NCBI GenBank assembly: GCA_002633005.1
Contig: NMRA01000693.1
Span: 62,001 to 126,000 of the forward strand
Reading direction: 5' to 3'
Length of the DNA: 64,000 nucleotides
DNA from: Phoronis australis
Taxonomy: Eukaryota; Animalia; Phoronida
Positions 49,841 to 61,698 of this stretch are shown in pieces. Every line of letters starts with the position of its first letter. The stretch's first letter is position 1. A program made the translations under genes and the position numbers. The notes under the pieces were generated by a model. The model was not told the origin of the DNA, did no database searches, and saw only the letters and a program-made list of their open reading frames with translations.

Positions 49841-52565
49841 GTAAGAGCAACGCGGAGCATTGAAATGTGCCCACGAATGCATCGTAAATGGTGTTTTCAG
49901 GGTTGTTTATTTGTGTCATAAAAATGGCCACTAGATGACGCAACAAGGTACAATCTATCCAAAAGCGGAAACACGTCACTGCTTCTTTAATAGAAAGCTA
50001 TACACCAAATTTCATGGAAATTCGTCACAAAACTTCAGAGAAACAAACGAAACAGAATGAAATGAAATTGCCACTAGGGGGCACATTGTTCATTGGATCT
50101 GCTTGAATGTCGTCATTGTCTGTTGTTAGCTTAATATAAATAATACACTTACTAATTAAATCTAATACAAATCCTACAGTGGGTTTAGGAGATACAGCTA
50201 TGGGCGCAAAACAAAACTAGCACTAGGAAGTGCCACAGTAGTCAAAGTTGTCATCGTCAACTGTCCTCTTCACACTGAGAACATATACACCAATTTTCAA
50301 AACCATCCTTAGAATGATTTGGTCGATAGAGAGGTAGATGCCAAAAACAGACTCCAAAACAGCAAAAATGATCACTAGGTTGCGCAAAATACCTTGATTC
50401 CATCCAAACGGGAGGATAGCGTCATCTCACTAATAGATGCCCGTATTCAAAATTTTATGAAAATCCGTTGAGGACCTTTGAAGATACAGAGGAAAAACAC
50501 CAGGGGCCACACCTGGAGTAGTCAGATTCAAAATCGTCGTCGTCCGTTGTCAAAATCATACGAACACACTTGTTAAATTTAGTAAAGATCCTGCAAACGG
50601 TTTAGGCGATACAGCCATGGGCGCAAAAAACGAAACTGCAACTAGGAGGCGTCACAGTAGTCAAAGAAATCATAGTCACCCATCCACTTCACATTAAAAA
50701 CATATATGCCAATTTTCACAATTATCCTGAAAGCGATTTGGTTGATCGAGGGGTGGACGCCAAAAAACAGACTCAAAAACAGTAAATTTGGCCACTAGGT
50801 GGCGCAAACTAGGTCGAATCAATCTGAAATCGGAAAGATAGCGTCACCTCACAAACAGAAGCCTGTACACCACATCTTATGAAAATACATTGAGGACCAT
50901 TGAAGATACAGAGGTAAACGTAAAAAAAATAAAACGAGAGCGCTCGGAAGAGCGACACTTGGCGGAATTAATCGAAAAGACGACAATGAAAGCGACGACG
51001 ACAATCATGACGATCAAGGCGGCAATAATGGATAACACGGTAACATTCATGTGACTAGCGACGAAATCAAATAAAGAGCATACAATGAACTACAATAAAG
51101 AACAATAGATGGCGCCACATGACTGTCCAGTCTACAGTAGAACAGTGCTGGCTGGGTCAGTCTGGGTCAACTAGGCATAATCAAAACAAAGTGAACTGAA
51201 AGCCAGCCAGCTGAGTGCATACGTGACCGAAGGAACAACGGTATCCGAAAATCTCGAATAATTCAAAAAGTAGACGTCGTAGCGCAAAATGGAAAGTATC
51301 CTCTGAAAGCCCGTTCAAATCTCTATCTAATGTGATAGTTTGGCAAAAATCCAAAAATTTTTCGAGAAAATTGAAAATTTGCCGGTTTTTTTTGAAATTC
51401 AAAGTCAAATAACTCGAAAACGGTAAGTCTGAGAAATACGCTCTCGCAGACTTTTTGAAAGGCCATACTTCAAGGAATCCACATGCAAAAATTCACGTCA
51501 TTTGCTCTTCCCATAAAAAATGCGACAGCAGAGCGATTGAAACCGTGTGAACATGCCCCACAGCCGCCATCTTGAAGGTGACTTCCGGTTCAATAATTTT
51601 TTATAAAAGCTTATTAAACTCAACGAACACGTGACCAGTTTGAAAGTGATTGGTTTGCAATTGCGCCCTCTACAGGAGAAAACGTTTTTAGCCCTATTTC
51701 GGGGTGCGCATGCGCCACGTCCAATATTTCCGCCATCTTTAACCGGAAGTCAACGATTTTCTGCACAATTGTAGCACATGCGTTCTAGTATATTCGTACC
51801 GATTTTCAGCCATGTAGGTCGAAAAATGCGGCCTCTACGAGTATTTGACTGTGAAATCGGATACAAAATGGCCGCCACGTCCGCCATTTTGTATCCGATC
51901 ATGACCAAAAACAATAGCGTTCCAGTGATTCCCGATCTACATGTTGTGTGCAAATTTCGTGAAAATCGGACCAGAATTGCGACCTGTAGAGAGCGAACAC
52001 AAAAAAAAAACTTGCTGTCAGAGCAACATACTTGGCGGAAGAATTCCGCCAAGTAATTGCCACTAGGTGGCATACCAGTAATCAGATCTGTCCGAAAGTC
52101 CTCGTCTGTTGTCATCATCATATAAATGCACTTACTAAATTTAGTAAAGATCCGGCAAATGGTTTAGGAAATATAGCCATAGGCGCAAAAAACAAAACTG
52201 CCACTAGGAGGTGCCACAGTAGTCAAAGTCACTGGAAAATCATTGCCAACCGTCCTCTTCATAGTAAGAACATAACATGCCATTATTCAGAATCATGCTT
52301 AGAGCGGTTTGGTTGATAGAGGGGTAGACGTTAAAAACAGACTTGAAAACAGTAAAAATGGCCACTAGGTGGTGCAAACTACGTTGAATCCATCCGAAAA
52401 CGGGTGGATACCGTCATCTCACTAATTGCCACTAAGGGGCACACCAGTAGTCGGATCCGCCCAAAAGTTCGCTCATGCCGTCCCATCCATGAGAGGAACA
52501 TATTTGCAAAATTTCATGAACATATGTCAATCGGTTTTGGAGATAGAGCAGCAGACGACGGACGC
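49841..52565. mobile_element. CTCF-motif-array Helentron-type repeat inserted in the LINE (itself split by 50932-52057)
   Basis: Same terminus (aagagcaacgcggagcattgaaatg) and ~150-bp units with motifs at 49928, 50071, 50220, 50372, 50640, 50792, 52060, 52201, 52362, 52429. LINE ORF2 stops at KYWLKFL and resumes at AYDMLAYLD. Confidence 0.8.
50932..52057 (-). mobile_element. Non-autonomous Helentron (HINE/DINE-1-like) element, second family
   Basis: 13-bp subterminal inverted repeats acttggcggaatt (50957-50969) / aattccgccaagt (52042-52054). One lies in a 12-bp-stem palindrome (52029-52055), the other next to a short stem-loop cgctc-ggaa-gagcg. Inserted at an A/T run of the host repeat with no clear TSD. 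Confidence 0.8.
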
Positions 52566-55500
52566 TTATGACATGTTAGCTTATTTAGATCGGAATGGGA
52601 GAAATACTTGGGTATCTTCTGTAAGACAATTGCTATCAAAATACGGATTTTTATGAAATTTGGTTGAATCGAAGTGTCACATGCGAAGTCTCATTTTTAA
52701 GTATCTTCGCGCAGAGTAAATGACTGCTATGAGCAAGGGTGGCCATCAGAAATTGAGCATAATGCAACACTTAAATACTAACTGTAACTTTAAGACTCTG
52801 TACTGTTTTGAACCATATGTTAACTTACCACTACATAATGGTCTTTTTCAAGCGTTTACTCAGTTGCGTTGCTCCAACCATAGACAACAAGTGGAAGTGG
52901 GTAGATACGAGAAAGCGGAACATTATAATAGATTATGTTTGATTTGCAATGATGGTTTTGTAGAGGATGAATGCCACTTCCTGTTGATTTGCAAGGGATA
53001 TTATGAACTGAGGTCACGTTTTATGAAGGAAGTTCAATGGAAGCATCCAACTCAAGAATCCTTTATAAGCCTGCTAGCTAATCCAGATATTTCTGTTGTT
53101 AAATATGTGTATTCTGCCCTTAAAAGACCAGAACAACTCTTAAATGGGTTGACTGCTTGTGCAAATGTGCCTGTTTAATTATTTTTTGTTCATTGTACTT
53201 TGGGCCAAAGGCCTTTAATACAAATAAACGAATTGATATTGATATTGACTCGTCATTCAAGTAATTTCATCATGAAATTTTCAGAGATTCATGATGCATG
53301 GAAACCATAATGATCATTTTCTATGTAATTGAAGTTTTCTTTTGCTGATTGGGATAACACTTTAGAAATTACCTGAGTACGTGAACATTTCATTATTAAG
53401 TAAAACATGATGGAAAAAAACTTGACAAGTTAATGAAGACATGTCAGGCGGTTGCGTTCAAAACAATTTTTCACAGTACTGACCAATCACACGCTGTCAT
53501 TCTAATTAATACATGACGTTAACTCAGACTATATTAACTGGACATTTATGCAACAGAAGTATACACAATTCAAGACGGTCTCGCAGACAGGGAGGCAACA
53601 AATAAGAAAGGAGACCAATCAACAAGTTGTGAAACACTATCTGTGAACAAACTTTAGGTAAATATCTCATAAATCAGCTTTGATTTTATTTTGCCAAAGC
53701 CTATCAAAAACAAAGATAATTCAGATCAACTTCCATTGAGTTTTTATTGACTGTCTTTAATGTGTTTTTATTGGTTTTACTACGACTGTTCTTCTACATT
53801 ACTGAGAATACATTTTTTATGGATTACAAGGTTTTTAAGTCCATTAGTTTTCAATATAAACATTAAGAAAATTACTATGTTGTTAAAATGTAATATGTGA
53901 AATAATTGAATAACTAGCTGTAACTTGTGGTTGTGCACATTTGGCTCATCACTTGAAAAAACTGTCACTGTAATAAGGCTATTGCGTTGTAAAATTGCAG
54001 GGAATCGCGAAACACTTGTCAAAGTAATACAAAACTCGATAAAGTTTTAAGTGCACGAACTAGAACAAAAATACTGCGGAACTTAGATCTAGCTAAGGTT
54101 ATATAGAACCCTTAGAAAAATACTCCAATTGTGTTTCACAATATCTCTGAAATGGCTGATCAGATTCATTCACGAAGCTTTCATATACCAGTGTCCAAGT
54201 TAAGATAACCCCCAACTCCCTATTGGCGAGTTGGGTCTAATCTCAGCTTGCCATTTCAAATTTGAGGAAGTCAAAAGTTGTAGTACAACGGACATCCGAT
54301 AGGTGTAGAATGCAATGCGACCCATTGCAATGCTAACATTACTGCGCAGCGACGGCCTGACTAGTTCTAGTAGGTGACGACCAAAAACAGCAAAGAAACG
54401 CAGTTACTACTGTAAGAAGCTAGGGATTTTTAATGTACACACATGCATACCTCTGGTGGAGGTAATTTGCAACTCCAAGTTATCTCAAAATAAAAGCACC
54501 ATATAAAGGGGACAACTTTTATTGAAATCTTCAAATTTTAATTTTTAAAGCACATGTAAGTTTTTTCAATTTCGAAATATTCAAAGACTCCCCTTTTAAA
54601 ATAATTCAAATTTATGTTTTTAAGCCTCTGCCAATAGATACAAATTTTTCCTAAACATACAATTAGATTTATCATATTTTTATTGGCATATTTGCTTGAA
54701 TTGAAGGTTGGAATTATGAAGTTCAGTTGATACACGTTTTAGTACCAGTCCATGATTCACAGTGATACAGCTAAGTACTGCCGAGGAGTACTTGGGGGGG
54801 GTCTTCTTCAGGCCGCATCTCGAAAATGATGTGGACAGCACGAAGACACCTCGATGTGTGATGGCACAGTACCGAGGGATGGCGCCATCATTAGTGAGGG
54901 GGGATGGGATGAGGCTGCAGGACATCGCTGGTGATGAAGGGGGAGAGACCAGCTGCGGTGCTCAAAAAAACTGGCAATCGGGGGAGAGGATAGCAGTTGC
55001 GCCTCCAAGGTACTGTAAAAAGTTTCCGTGAATCTTTATGAAAATGCAAACCATCACTAGTAGTTAGAGTTAATTTAACAACTAGTCTAAGGGTTTCCCA
55101 ATATCCGATAATCTAAAGATGAGATCTGCATATGATAACGAATATATATTGGGGAACACCCTTTTTACCCAACGCTATTCTCTCCTCCCATCTCCCAGGC
55201 CGTCTCTAATTTTACCTCCGGGTACGCAAACTCTTTCATCGCCATTGTCAAAAAAGCAGACGAGGAAACCATGGGGGCTCAAATCTCACTTTGCAAAAGT
55301 TCACAGTCAGTGACAATGTTTGTTGACCTGGCTGATGTGGTTTTGCAACCGCTGAGAATGGTATTGTCATAAATTGGCAAATGGCGAGTTGAGTTACAAA
55401 AACTGAAATAGTATTGCATTTGATGAGTAAGCCTCGGCCAAAACTGAACCTGCATACTCTGCATGATTTTTGCAATGCTCTCCAATAAGCTATTACGAAT

Positions 55501-57555
55501 TGGTTTTAAAATGTTCCACTTTTCATGCAGTGCAATAAAAAGTAAGATTTTTTATGGTTTTCATGAAATGAAAATGAAGTATTTCAGAAAACTCTGATAC
55601 CATTTTTGAGATCCCTAATTTGAACATTAAAATTACATAAAAGTTAATGTTAATTGTTTTGATATCAATGTACTTTTCTTTTTTGGTACATTTTATTAAA
55701 AAGATATGGTCACATGCTCTTAGCATATATGTAATTATCTATATGTATATGTATATGTATATATACAGGTTGCACATTTTGAGCATTAATGTTCCCCTTA
55801 AAACATTCAACTACTGAACCGGGGTAGTCCTGGTCACCCACGACCTTCAAAAAATTGAAGTACACTGACCTGAAGCTCAAAGGATTGCCTTCGCCATTAG
55901 GATAGTTACCGAAGCAAAAGTTAATTTGGCACTCTCTAACCGACACGTGTATTCAAGTAGCTAAGTATGCAAAAACGTCAAAATTCTATAACTGACATGA
56001 TGTACAAATGTCATCAAAGTCATTGAAGATGGAAACCAGATAAATTTAAGCGCAAATTCCCTCTATTTGTTCTCGCTGTTCAAAATTTTGAAACTCAAAT
56101 GACTGAGAAACTTCCTGTCAAAAAACTGCGCGAGAATAATGCAGTATATATTCTGCAAAAAACTTTGATTCCAATGTTGGTTACGTATTCAATAACTATT
56201 TTTGCATGAAATAAATAGTCTCGAAATACTTCAACTTTATGCGGAATTCCATTATTAGGAGATTCGAATTTGATCCTTAGGCAATGAATAACGTACTGGT
56301 CCTATATGGAAAAACTAGGTCAGCCACAAAAGATGTGACCAGCCACAAATGTAGGGGGTACAGTGCTTGTGAACAAGGCTGAGATTTGACTCTTAAAACT
56401 GCGAGAAAAGAATGATTATTTTAAAAAATAATTAAAATTTGTTTCATAGTATTGAGAGGCTGTGGTAGACTTGAGACTTGGTAAGTGAAAATTTCAACAA
56501 TGCAGCCATTCTAAATTTACTGCAGATGTTAACATGATGTACCCAGTGATCACTGCTACTGGTGATAACCGTAACTCCCGTGGACTTGAAACTGAGAGTG
56601 AAACGCTTAAAAAACGAGTGGAGAAATAAAACTACTAGACTTTCAAATTTACAATCTACGACATATCTGTAACCTATGACAGACTTTCCACAAAATTGCT
56701 ATCAAACTTCATTGTTAAATTACGATCGTTTTTCAGAAAACTGTGCATTTTTAGCATATACATTCATGGGGTGGGCGCTTATTTTAGAGAAGTCTGAAAA
56801 CACGTGGGGGGCGCTTATAGAGACATGGGCGCTTAGGGTGAATATAGTATTGTACTGATCAAGGATTCAGTTGCATAAAATTAACTTTCATGGTATGAGA
56901 ACGGATAGTTAAAAAGTTCTTTGACGAGACGTAAAAGATCTGCACAAAGGCTGACACTGAAGTGTAACTTATCAAATCATGTATACAAGGTATGGTCTTA
57001 TGTTTGGAAGTGTAACATTTTTAAATTTTCCTCACGAAACGCCTCTAAAACACCATGTTCGACAGTTTGAACTCTGTAACAATGTGCTGTTGCATTATTT
57101 CCCTGGAATGGTTTTACCTAGTTATATAACAGTATTTAGCATGCTTGTGGTTAAGGCTGATAGGCAGAAAACAATTTAAAGAAGAAAAATTACTGGCTAT
57201 CTATAAGAAAAATGTCATGGCCTGATATTCTGGGTTTTTCAATTTGTCTGAAAAATGAAAATAAAACAACAATAATGGATCAACTGAAATTTTGGGATAT
57301 AATCACATTCTTTGTCAACAGAAACAGATTAGTAAAATCAAACATGATATGACAAATGACAGCTGATATTTGGAGAAATGATAGATTGTTGTGAACAAAG
57401 GAAAAGATCTAATTTAAGAAGTCTTTAAAAATTACCCGGTATGTAGTTCACCTACGAACAAGGCCTTAGTCATGACATTTTATGATACAGCATATAATTA
57501 TATCTAAATGATAGCAAGTAGCAGCATATATTAAAGAAAACAACAACAGTTTCAA

Positions 57556-57603
57556 TACTTGACATGTTTCGGTGTCATTTATTCAACACCATCATCAGAA
57601 GTA
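57556..57603 (-). ncRNA. Minimal type I hammerhead ribozyme (intact core)
   Basis: Minus strand reads UACUU-CUGAUGA-UGGUGU(ugaauaaaug)ACACC-GAAA-CAUG-UC^AAGUA: stem I UACUU/AAGUA, stem II GGUGU/ACACC, palindromic ACAUGU stem III, GUC cleavage triplet. Confidence 0.85.
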
Positions 57604-57801
57604 GACCAGGAACAACAAAGGAGCTTAAAATTCATGAGGCTTTACACATGAGTTGGTGCAGGCCCAATCTCAATAGGCAACTGACACACCACAGGTTGTC
57701 ATTGTTGGTCTAGTTCATTGTCACTCCCTGTAACTGACTGTATCAGTATTCTGTGCTTCATTACTTGTTGCTGGGCCTAGCTAGGTGGCCACTGTATTCC
57801 C

Positions 57802-57847
57802 ACTTCTGATGATGGTGTTGAATAAATGACACCAAAACATGTCAAGT
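57802..57847 (+). ncRNA. Hammerhead ribozyme copy with a mutated catalytic core (GAAA to AAAA)
   Basis: acttctgatgatggtgttgaataaatgacacc-aaaa-catgtcaagt; identical to the minus-strand copy except for G12 to A. Confidence 0.7.
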
Positions 57848-57898
57848 CTTAAAACCGTTGTTGTTTCTTTAATAAAATTATATATTACTTGAAAGTAA

Positions 57899-60380
57899 TG
57901 TAACACCCAAAGGTCAAGTTCTCGAAATGAAGACAAAATATAAAGAACTGTTGTCACTCAAGTATCTTGACAATAATTTCACATTAAAATTGGTTTGACG
58001 ATCACACAACAAATCAATAATTCTTGGCATTGTCTGTCATCCATTCATTGAAATCAGGGATGGCGACTAAACCAAGTAAATGAAACACTGATTTCAAAAT
58101 ACTCCTCTGTGATTTGTAAAGTGGGGTTAGGTCACACCAGTAGAGGCAGTGTTCTCCACAACCTGTTTTAACTCGACGCTGTAAGGAGTTTGGATTTTGC
58201 AGCAGCGCTGAGTTTAGAAAGCACTGCGTGCTGCGCCAGGTTTAAATCTTTGGCTGGCTTGGCACTTCAGCCCTCGGCACCAATGCAGAGCCTGATTTAA
58301 CCAATATCAAGCCCAATTCAGAACTCTTGAGGCAGTCAACAAGGAAGAGTGTCATTAATAACACTAATTCGGTGAAGATTTTGTGTTCAGTGTTTTACCC
58401 AAATCGGCACCAAGCTGTATATTAAGTATACTGCTTTGCCGCACAAAGGTTAGTTATGATGCTTCACCCAAGAACCAGAACGCCCTTTTTTTCTTGACTA
58501 AAACGTCAAATTGGAGAAAATGACTTTCATTATGTTCTAAAACTTATGCAGTGGTAAAATTATAATTATTTAGCTAAAAAGCGTGCAACGTGGTTGGTTT
58601 GTGGTTAAAACTCAAAGCGCCGCGTGTTACAAAGCGAAGTGTCCTGTAGCGCACAAAAGATTTTGTTGCATTAATCGGCACGAGACCTGCCTATGCATAC
58701 GTAGTAGCTCCATTGAATGATCTGTGTAGGCCTACCGGTAATAAATCTTAGCTTGTTTGTCATTGTGGTTTCAGTCCCCGGCGGTCCTGTTTTCTGGTGC
58801 GGCGGTCCTGTTTTCTGGTGCGGCGGTCATGTTTTTAGGTGCGTCAGTCCCATTTTCTGGTGCGGCGGTCCCATTTGATCCCCGGAGGTCCCATTTTGGG
58901 CGAGTCGGTCCGATTTAAGAGGACCGGCAGTCATGTTGTTTCCCACACATGAGCATGCACACAGTAATGATGAAGAGATGAGAAGGTGTCAATTATTGAT
59001 ATTGAACATATCTAGACATATGTGTACAGTTTGGATTTAGTATTGTGGAGAACACAGGGAGGATAGCACTGTGACTTCATAGAGGGTGTAGGTTTGACTC
59101 CATGTTGTGGTGTACCTCAGAAAACCATATTTCTCAGCGACACGGTTTAGTTTAAGANTATATTATGTAACACCCAAAGGTCAAGTTCTCGAAATGAAGA
59201 CAAAATATAAAGAACTGTTGTCACTCAAGTATCTTGACAATAACTTCACATTAAAATTGGTTTGACGATCACACAACAAATCAATAATTCTTGGCATTGT
59301 CTGTCATCCATTCATTGAAATACTCCTCTGTGATTTGTAAAGTGGGGTTAGGTCACACCAGTAGAGGCAGTGTTCTCCACAACCTGTTTTAACTCGACGC
59401 TGTAAGGAGTTTGGATTTTGCAGCAGCGCTGAGTTTAGAAAGCACTGCGCGCTGCGCCAGGTTTAAATCTTTGGCTGGCTTGGCACTTCAGCCCTCGCCA
59501 CCAATGCAGAGCCTGATTTAACCAATATCAAGCCCAATTCAGAACTCTTGAGGCAGTCAACAAGGAAGAGTGTCGTTAATAACACTAATTCGGTGAAGAT
59601 TTTATGTGTTCAGTGTTTTACCCAAATCGGCGCCAAGCTGTATATTAAGTATACTGCTTTGCCGCACAAAGGCTAGTTATGATGCTTCACCCAAGAACCA
59701 GAACGCCCTTTTTTTTCTTGACTAAAACGTCAAATTGGAGAAAATGACTTTCATTATGTTCTAAAACTTATGCAGTGGTAAAGTTATAATTATTTAGCTA
59801 AAAAGCGTGCAACGTGGTTGGTTTGTGGTTAAAACTCAAAGCGCCGCGTGTTACAAAGCGAAGTGTCCTGTAGCGCACAAAAGATTTTGTTGCATTAATC
59901 GGCACAAGACCTGCCTATGCATACGTAGTAGCTCCATTGAATGATCTGTGTAGGCCTACCGGTAATAAATCTTAGCTTGTTTGTCATTGTGGTTTCAGTC
60001 CCCGGCGGTCCTGTTTTCTGGTGCGGCGGTCCTGTTTTCTGGTGCGGCGGTCATGTTTTTAGGTGCGTCAGTCCCATTTTCTGGTGCGGCGGTCCCATTT
60101 GATCCCCGGAGGTCCCATTTTGGGCGAGTCGGTCCGATTTAAGAGGACCGGCAGTCATGTTGTTTCCCACACATGAGCATGCACACAGTAATGATGAAGA
60201 GATGAGAAGGTGTCAATTATTGATATTGAACATATCTAGACATATGTGTACAGTTTGGATTTAGTATTGTGGAGAACACAGGGAGGATAGCACTGTGACT
60301 TCATAGAGGGTGTAGGTTTGACTCCATGTTGTGGTGTACCTCAGAAAACCATATTTCTCAGCGACACGGTTTAGTTTAAG
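57899..60380. repeat. Near-identical ~1.2-kb tandem duplication (57899-59157 / 59166-60380) joined at a single N; probable haplotig or assembly artefact
   Basis: Copies differ by a few SNPs, small indels and one ~45-bp indel. N at 59158 sits at the junction. Confidence 0.9.
58147..59057. mobile_element. hAT-type MITE sharing TIRs with 4698-6885 (repeated at about 59367-60281); contains a 21-bp tandem repeat
   Basis: cagtgttctccac ... gtggagaacacag; TSD not clearly preserved; ggcggtcctgttttctggtgc repeats at 58781-58925. Confidence 0.65.
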
Positions 60381-60708
60381 AAATTTAAGTAGAATTTCAA
60401 TGCAATCTGAAATGCTAAACTTGTCGTAAAGTTAGCCACACTCTGCAGGTTGTTCTCCCATGTTCTCTCTGTTGTACCTTCTGGCACGTTATTTTGCCGC
60501 TATCACAAACAGTGGACCAACCTGGGACAAAACATTATCTGAATTCCAATTGTGCCCCATTGCTCTACACAGAGATTGTGCCAAGACAACATGGATAAAT
60601 TGATCACTGCAAACCTAGATGAATTTTCCCTTTAACGCCACTGCATCCATGTCGATTGTACTTGCAGGATTCCCACACTCTGTAGAGAACGCTGCCACTT
60701 GAACCAAA

Positions 60709-61698
60709 ATGATGAGCCAACAAACAATTGCACTCCTTGTGATCTACATGACAGTTGCGGTCATCATACTTATCTTGAACTTTATGTTCACCTACGTCAT
60801 CATCCACCACAAACTACTCAGAATGTCCACGCTATATGGCGCAGTTTCAGTGAGCATGGCAGACTCACTGTTTGGATTTTCCACACTCATCTCCTGCATT
60901 CATCTGATAGTCAATAAGAAGATGCATACCAGCATTTGTCAAGGGACAGCCTTTGTGATTTCACTGTCAATGACCGCCTCTGTATTCAACTTGATCTTTT
61001 TGGCCATAGACAGATGGCTGGCTGCAGTTTTCCCTTTCAAGTACAAGATGATAATGACAAGGAAGTGGGTGACTGCAATAATAAGTGCCATCTGGTGCAC
61101 ATGTCTTGTCCTGTGGATTCTCCCACTAATGGGACTTGGTGGCTACAAGTACAACAGGTCAGAGATCATCTGTTACTTTGACCTCATTGCTCACCCAAAG
61201 CAGTGGGTCACATACATGAGCTTGATATTCATTCCCTCATTCTTAATCATCACTTTGTGTGGGATTCACCTCATCAAGGTAATCCATGCTGCCAGCTGTC
61301 AGAGCCGTCAGGAAATGACACAGCACCAACTTGCAAAGCAAAGAGTACGGACAAGGAACACCCAAACTTTCAAGTTTATCTGCATCATTATCATGATGTT
61401 TTACATTGCGTGGCTCCCATTTTGTATTGAGCACACGGTAAAAGCGATACAAATTGACCTTCACATCCCTGAATGGATTGAAATAGCCATGTTTGTACTT
61501 GCTCAGACGAACTCATTTTGGAACCCCATAATCTTTTTTATGGCCAATCAGTCATTTCGAGTCGCACTCGTAAAATGTTTTAAAATAAAATGTAACCATG
61601 CTGTTGCAACCATTCCCAACGCTTGCAAGCCTTCACCTCGAGGCTCACAACTTCAACACAGGCAACAAAACGTACCAACTGCGGAAGAAACAGTGTGA
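60709..61698 (+). CDS. Class A (rhodopsin-like) GPCR, 329 aa, single coding exon, orphan
   Basis: Seven hydrophobic segments; N1.50 (ILNFM), SMAD (TM2), Cys at the top of TM3 and in ECL2, AIDRW (DRY variant), AWLPF (TM6), NSFWNPIIF (NPxxY variant), helix-8 NQSFR. Candidate splice acceptor ttgcag ends at 60667, upstream of the ATG. Confidence 0.95.
   Translation: MMSQQTIALLVIYMTVAVIILILNFMFTYVIIHHKLLRMSTLYGAVSVSMADSLFGFSTLISCIHLIVNKKMHTSICQGTAFVISLSMTASVFNLIFLAIDRWLAAVFPFKYKMIMTRKWVTAIISAIWCTCLVLWILPLMGLGGYKYNRSEIICYFDLIAHPKQWVTYMSLIFIPSFLIITLCGIHLIKVIHAASCQSRQEMTQHQLAKQRVRTRNTQTFKFICIIIMMFYIAWLPFCIEHTVKAIQIDLHIPEWIEIAMFVLAQTNSFWNPIIFFMANQSFRVALVKCFKIKCNHAVATIPNACKPSPRGSQLQHRQQNVPTAEETV

Larger units (their letters stand above)
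47175..53248 (+). mobile_element. Decayed near-full-length non-LTR retrotransposon (APE-RT LINE, RTE-X-like), interrupted at about 49841-52565
   Basis: ORF1 remnant SRRDNVIVHGLKEE...IHVERAHR...ITEDFS; APE remnant MNWNAHSL...AVSETW...GGVSVFIK...SDHFP; RT LLYADDMVL (YADD 49285-49296) and YKYLGILF; C-terminal LRCSNH...GRY...RLCLIC...VEDECHFLLIC (ORF 52720-53178); AATAAA then (attgat)n tail. Many stops and frameshifts; central RT segment deleted. Clade assignment is less certain than the LINE call. Confidence 0.88.
57529..57874 (+). mobile_element. 5'-truncated Penelope-like retroelement with an inverted pseudo-LTR copy
   Basis: ~75-bp inverted repeats (57529-57602 / 57802-57874) flank an ORF end at 57609-57713, GTTKELKIHEALHMSWCRPNLNRQ..., which matches the GIY-YIG endonuclease C-terminus (E-A-L-H...P-x-L-N). 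Confidence 0.85.

Noticed and set aside
47175-53248. Active or domesticated reverse transcriptase gene
   Set aside because: Numerous stops and frameshifts, a central RT deletion and nested insertions.
54760-55030. GC-rich island with short ORFs on both strands
   Set aside because: No domain similarity and only weak terminal repeats; probably a repeat remnant whose boundaries I cannot define.
60709-61698. Opsin call for the GPCR (tempting next to CEP290)
   Set aside because: The retinal-binding Lys position in TM7 is Gln.
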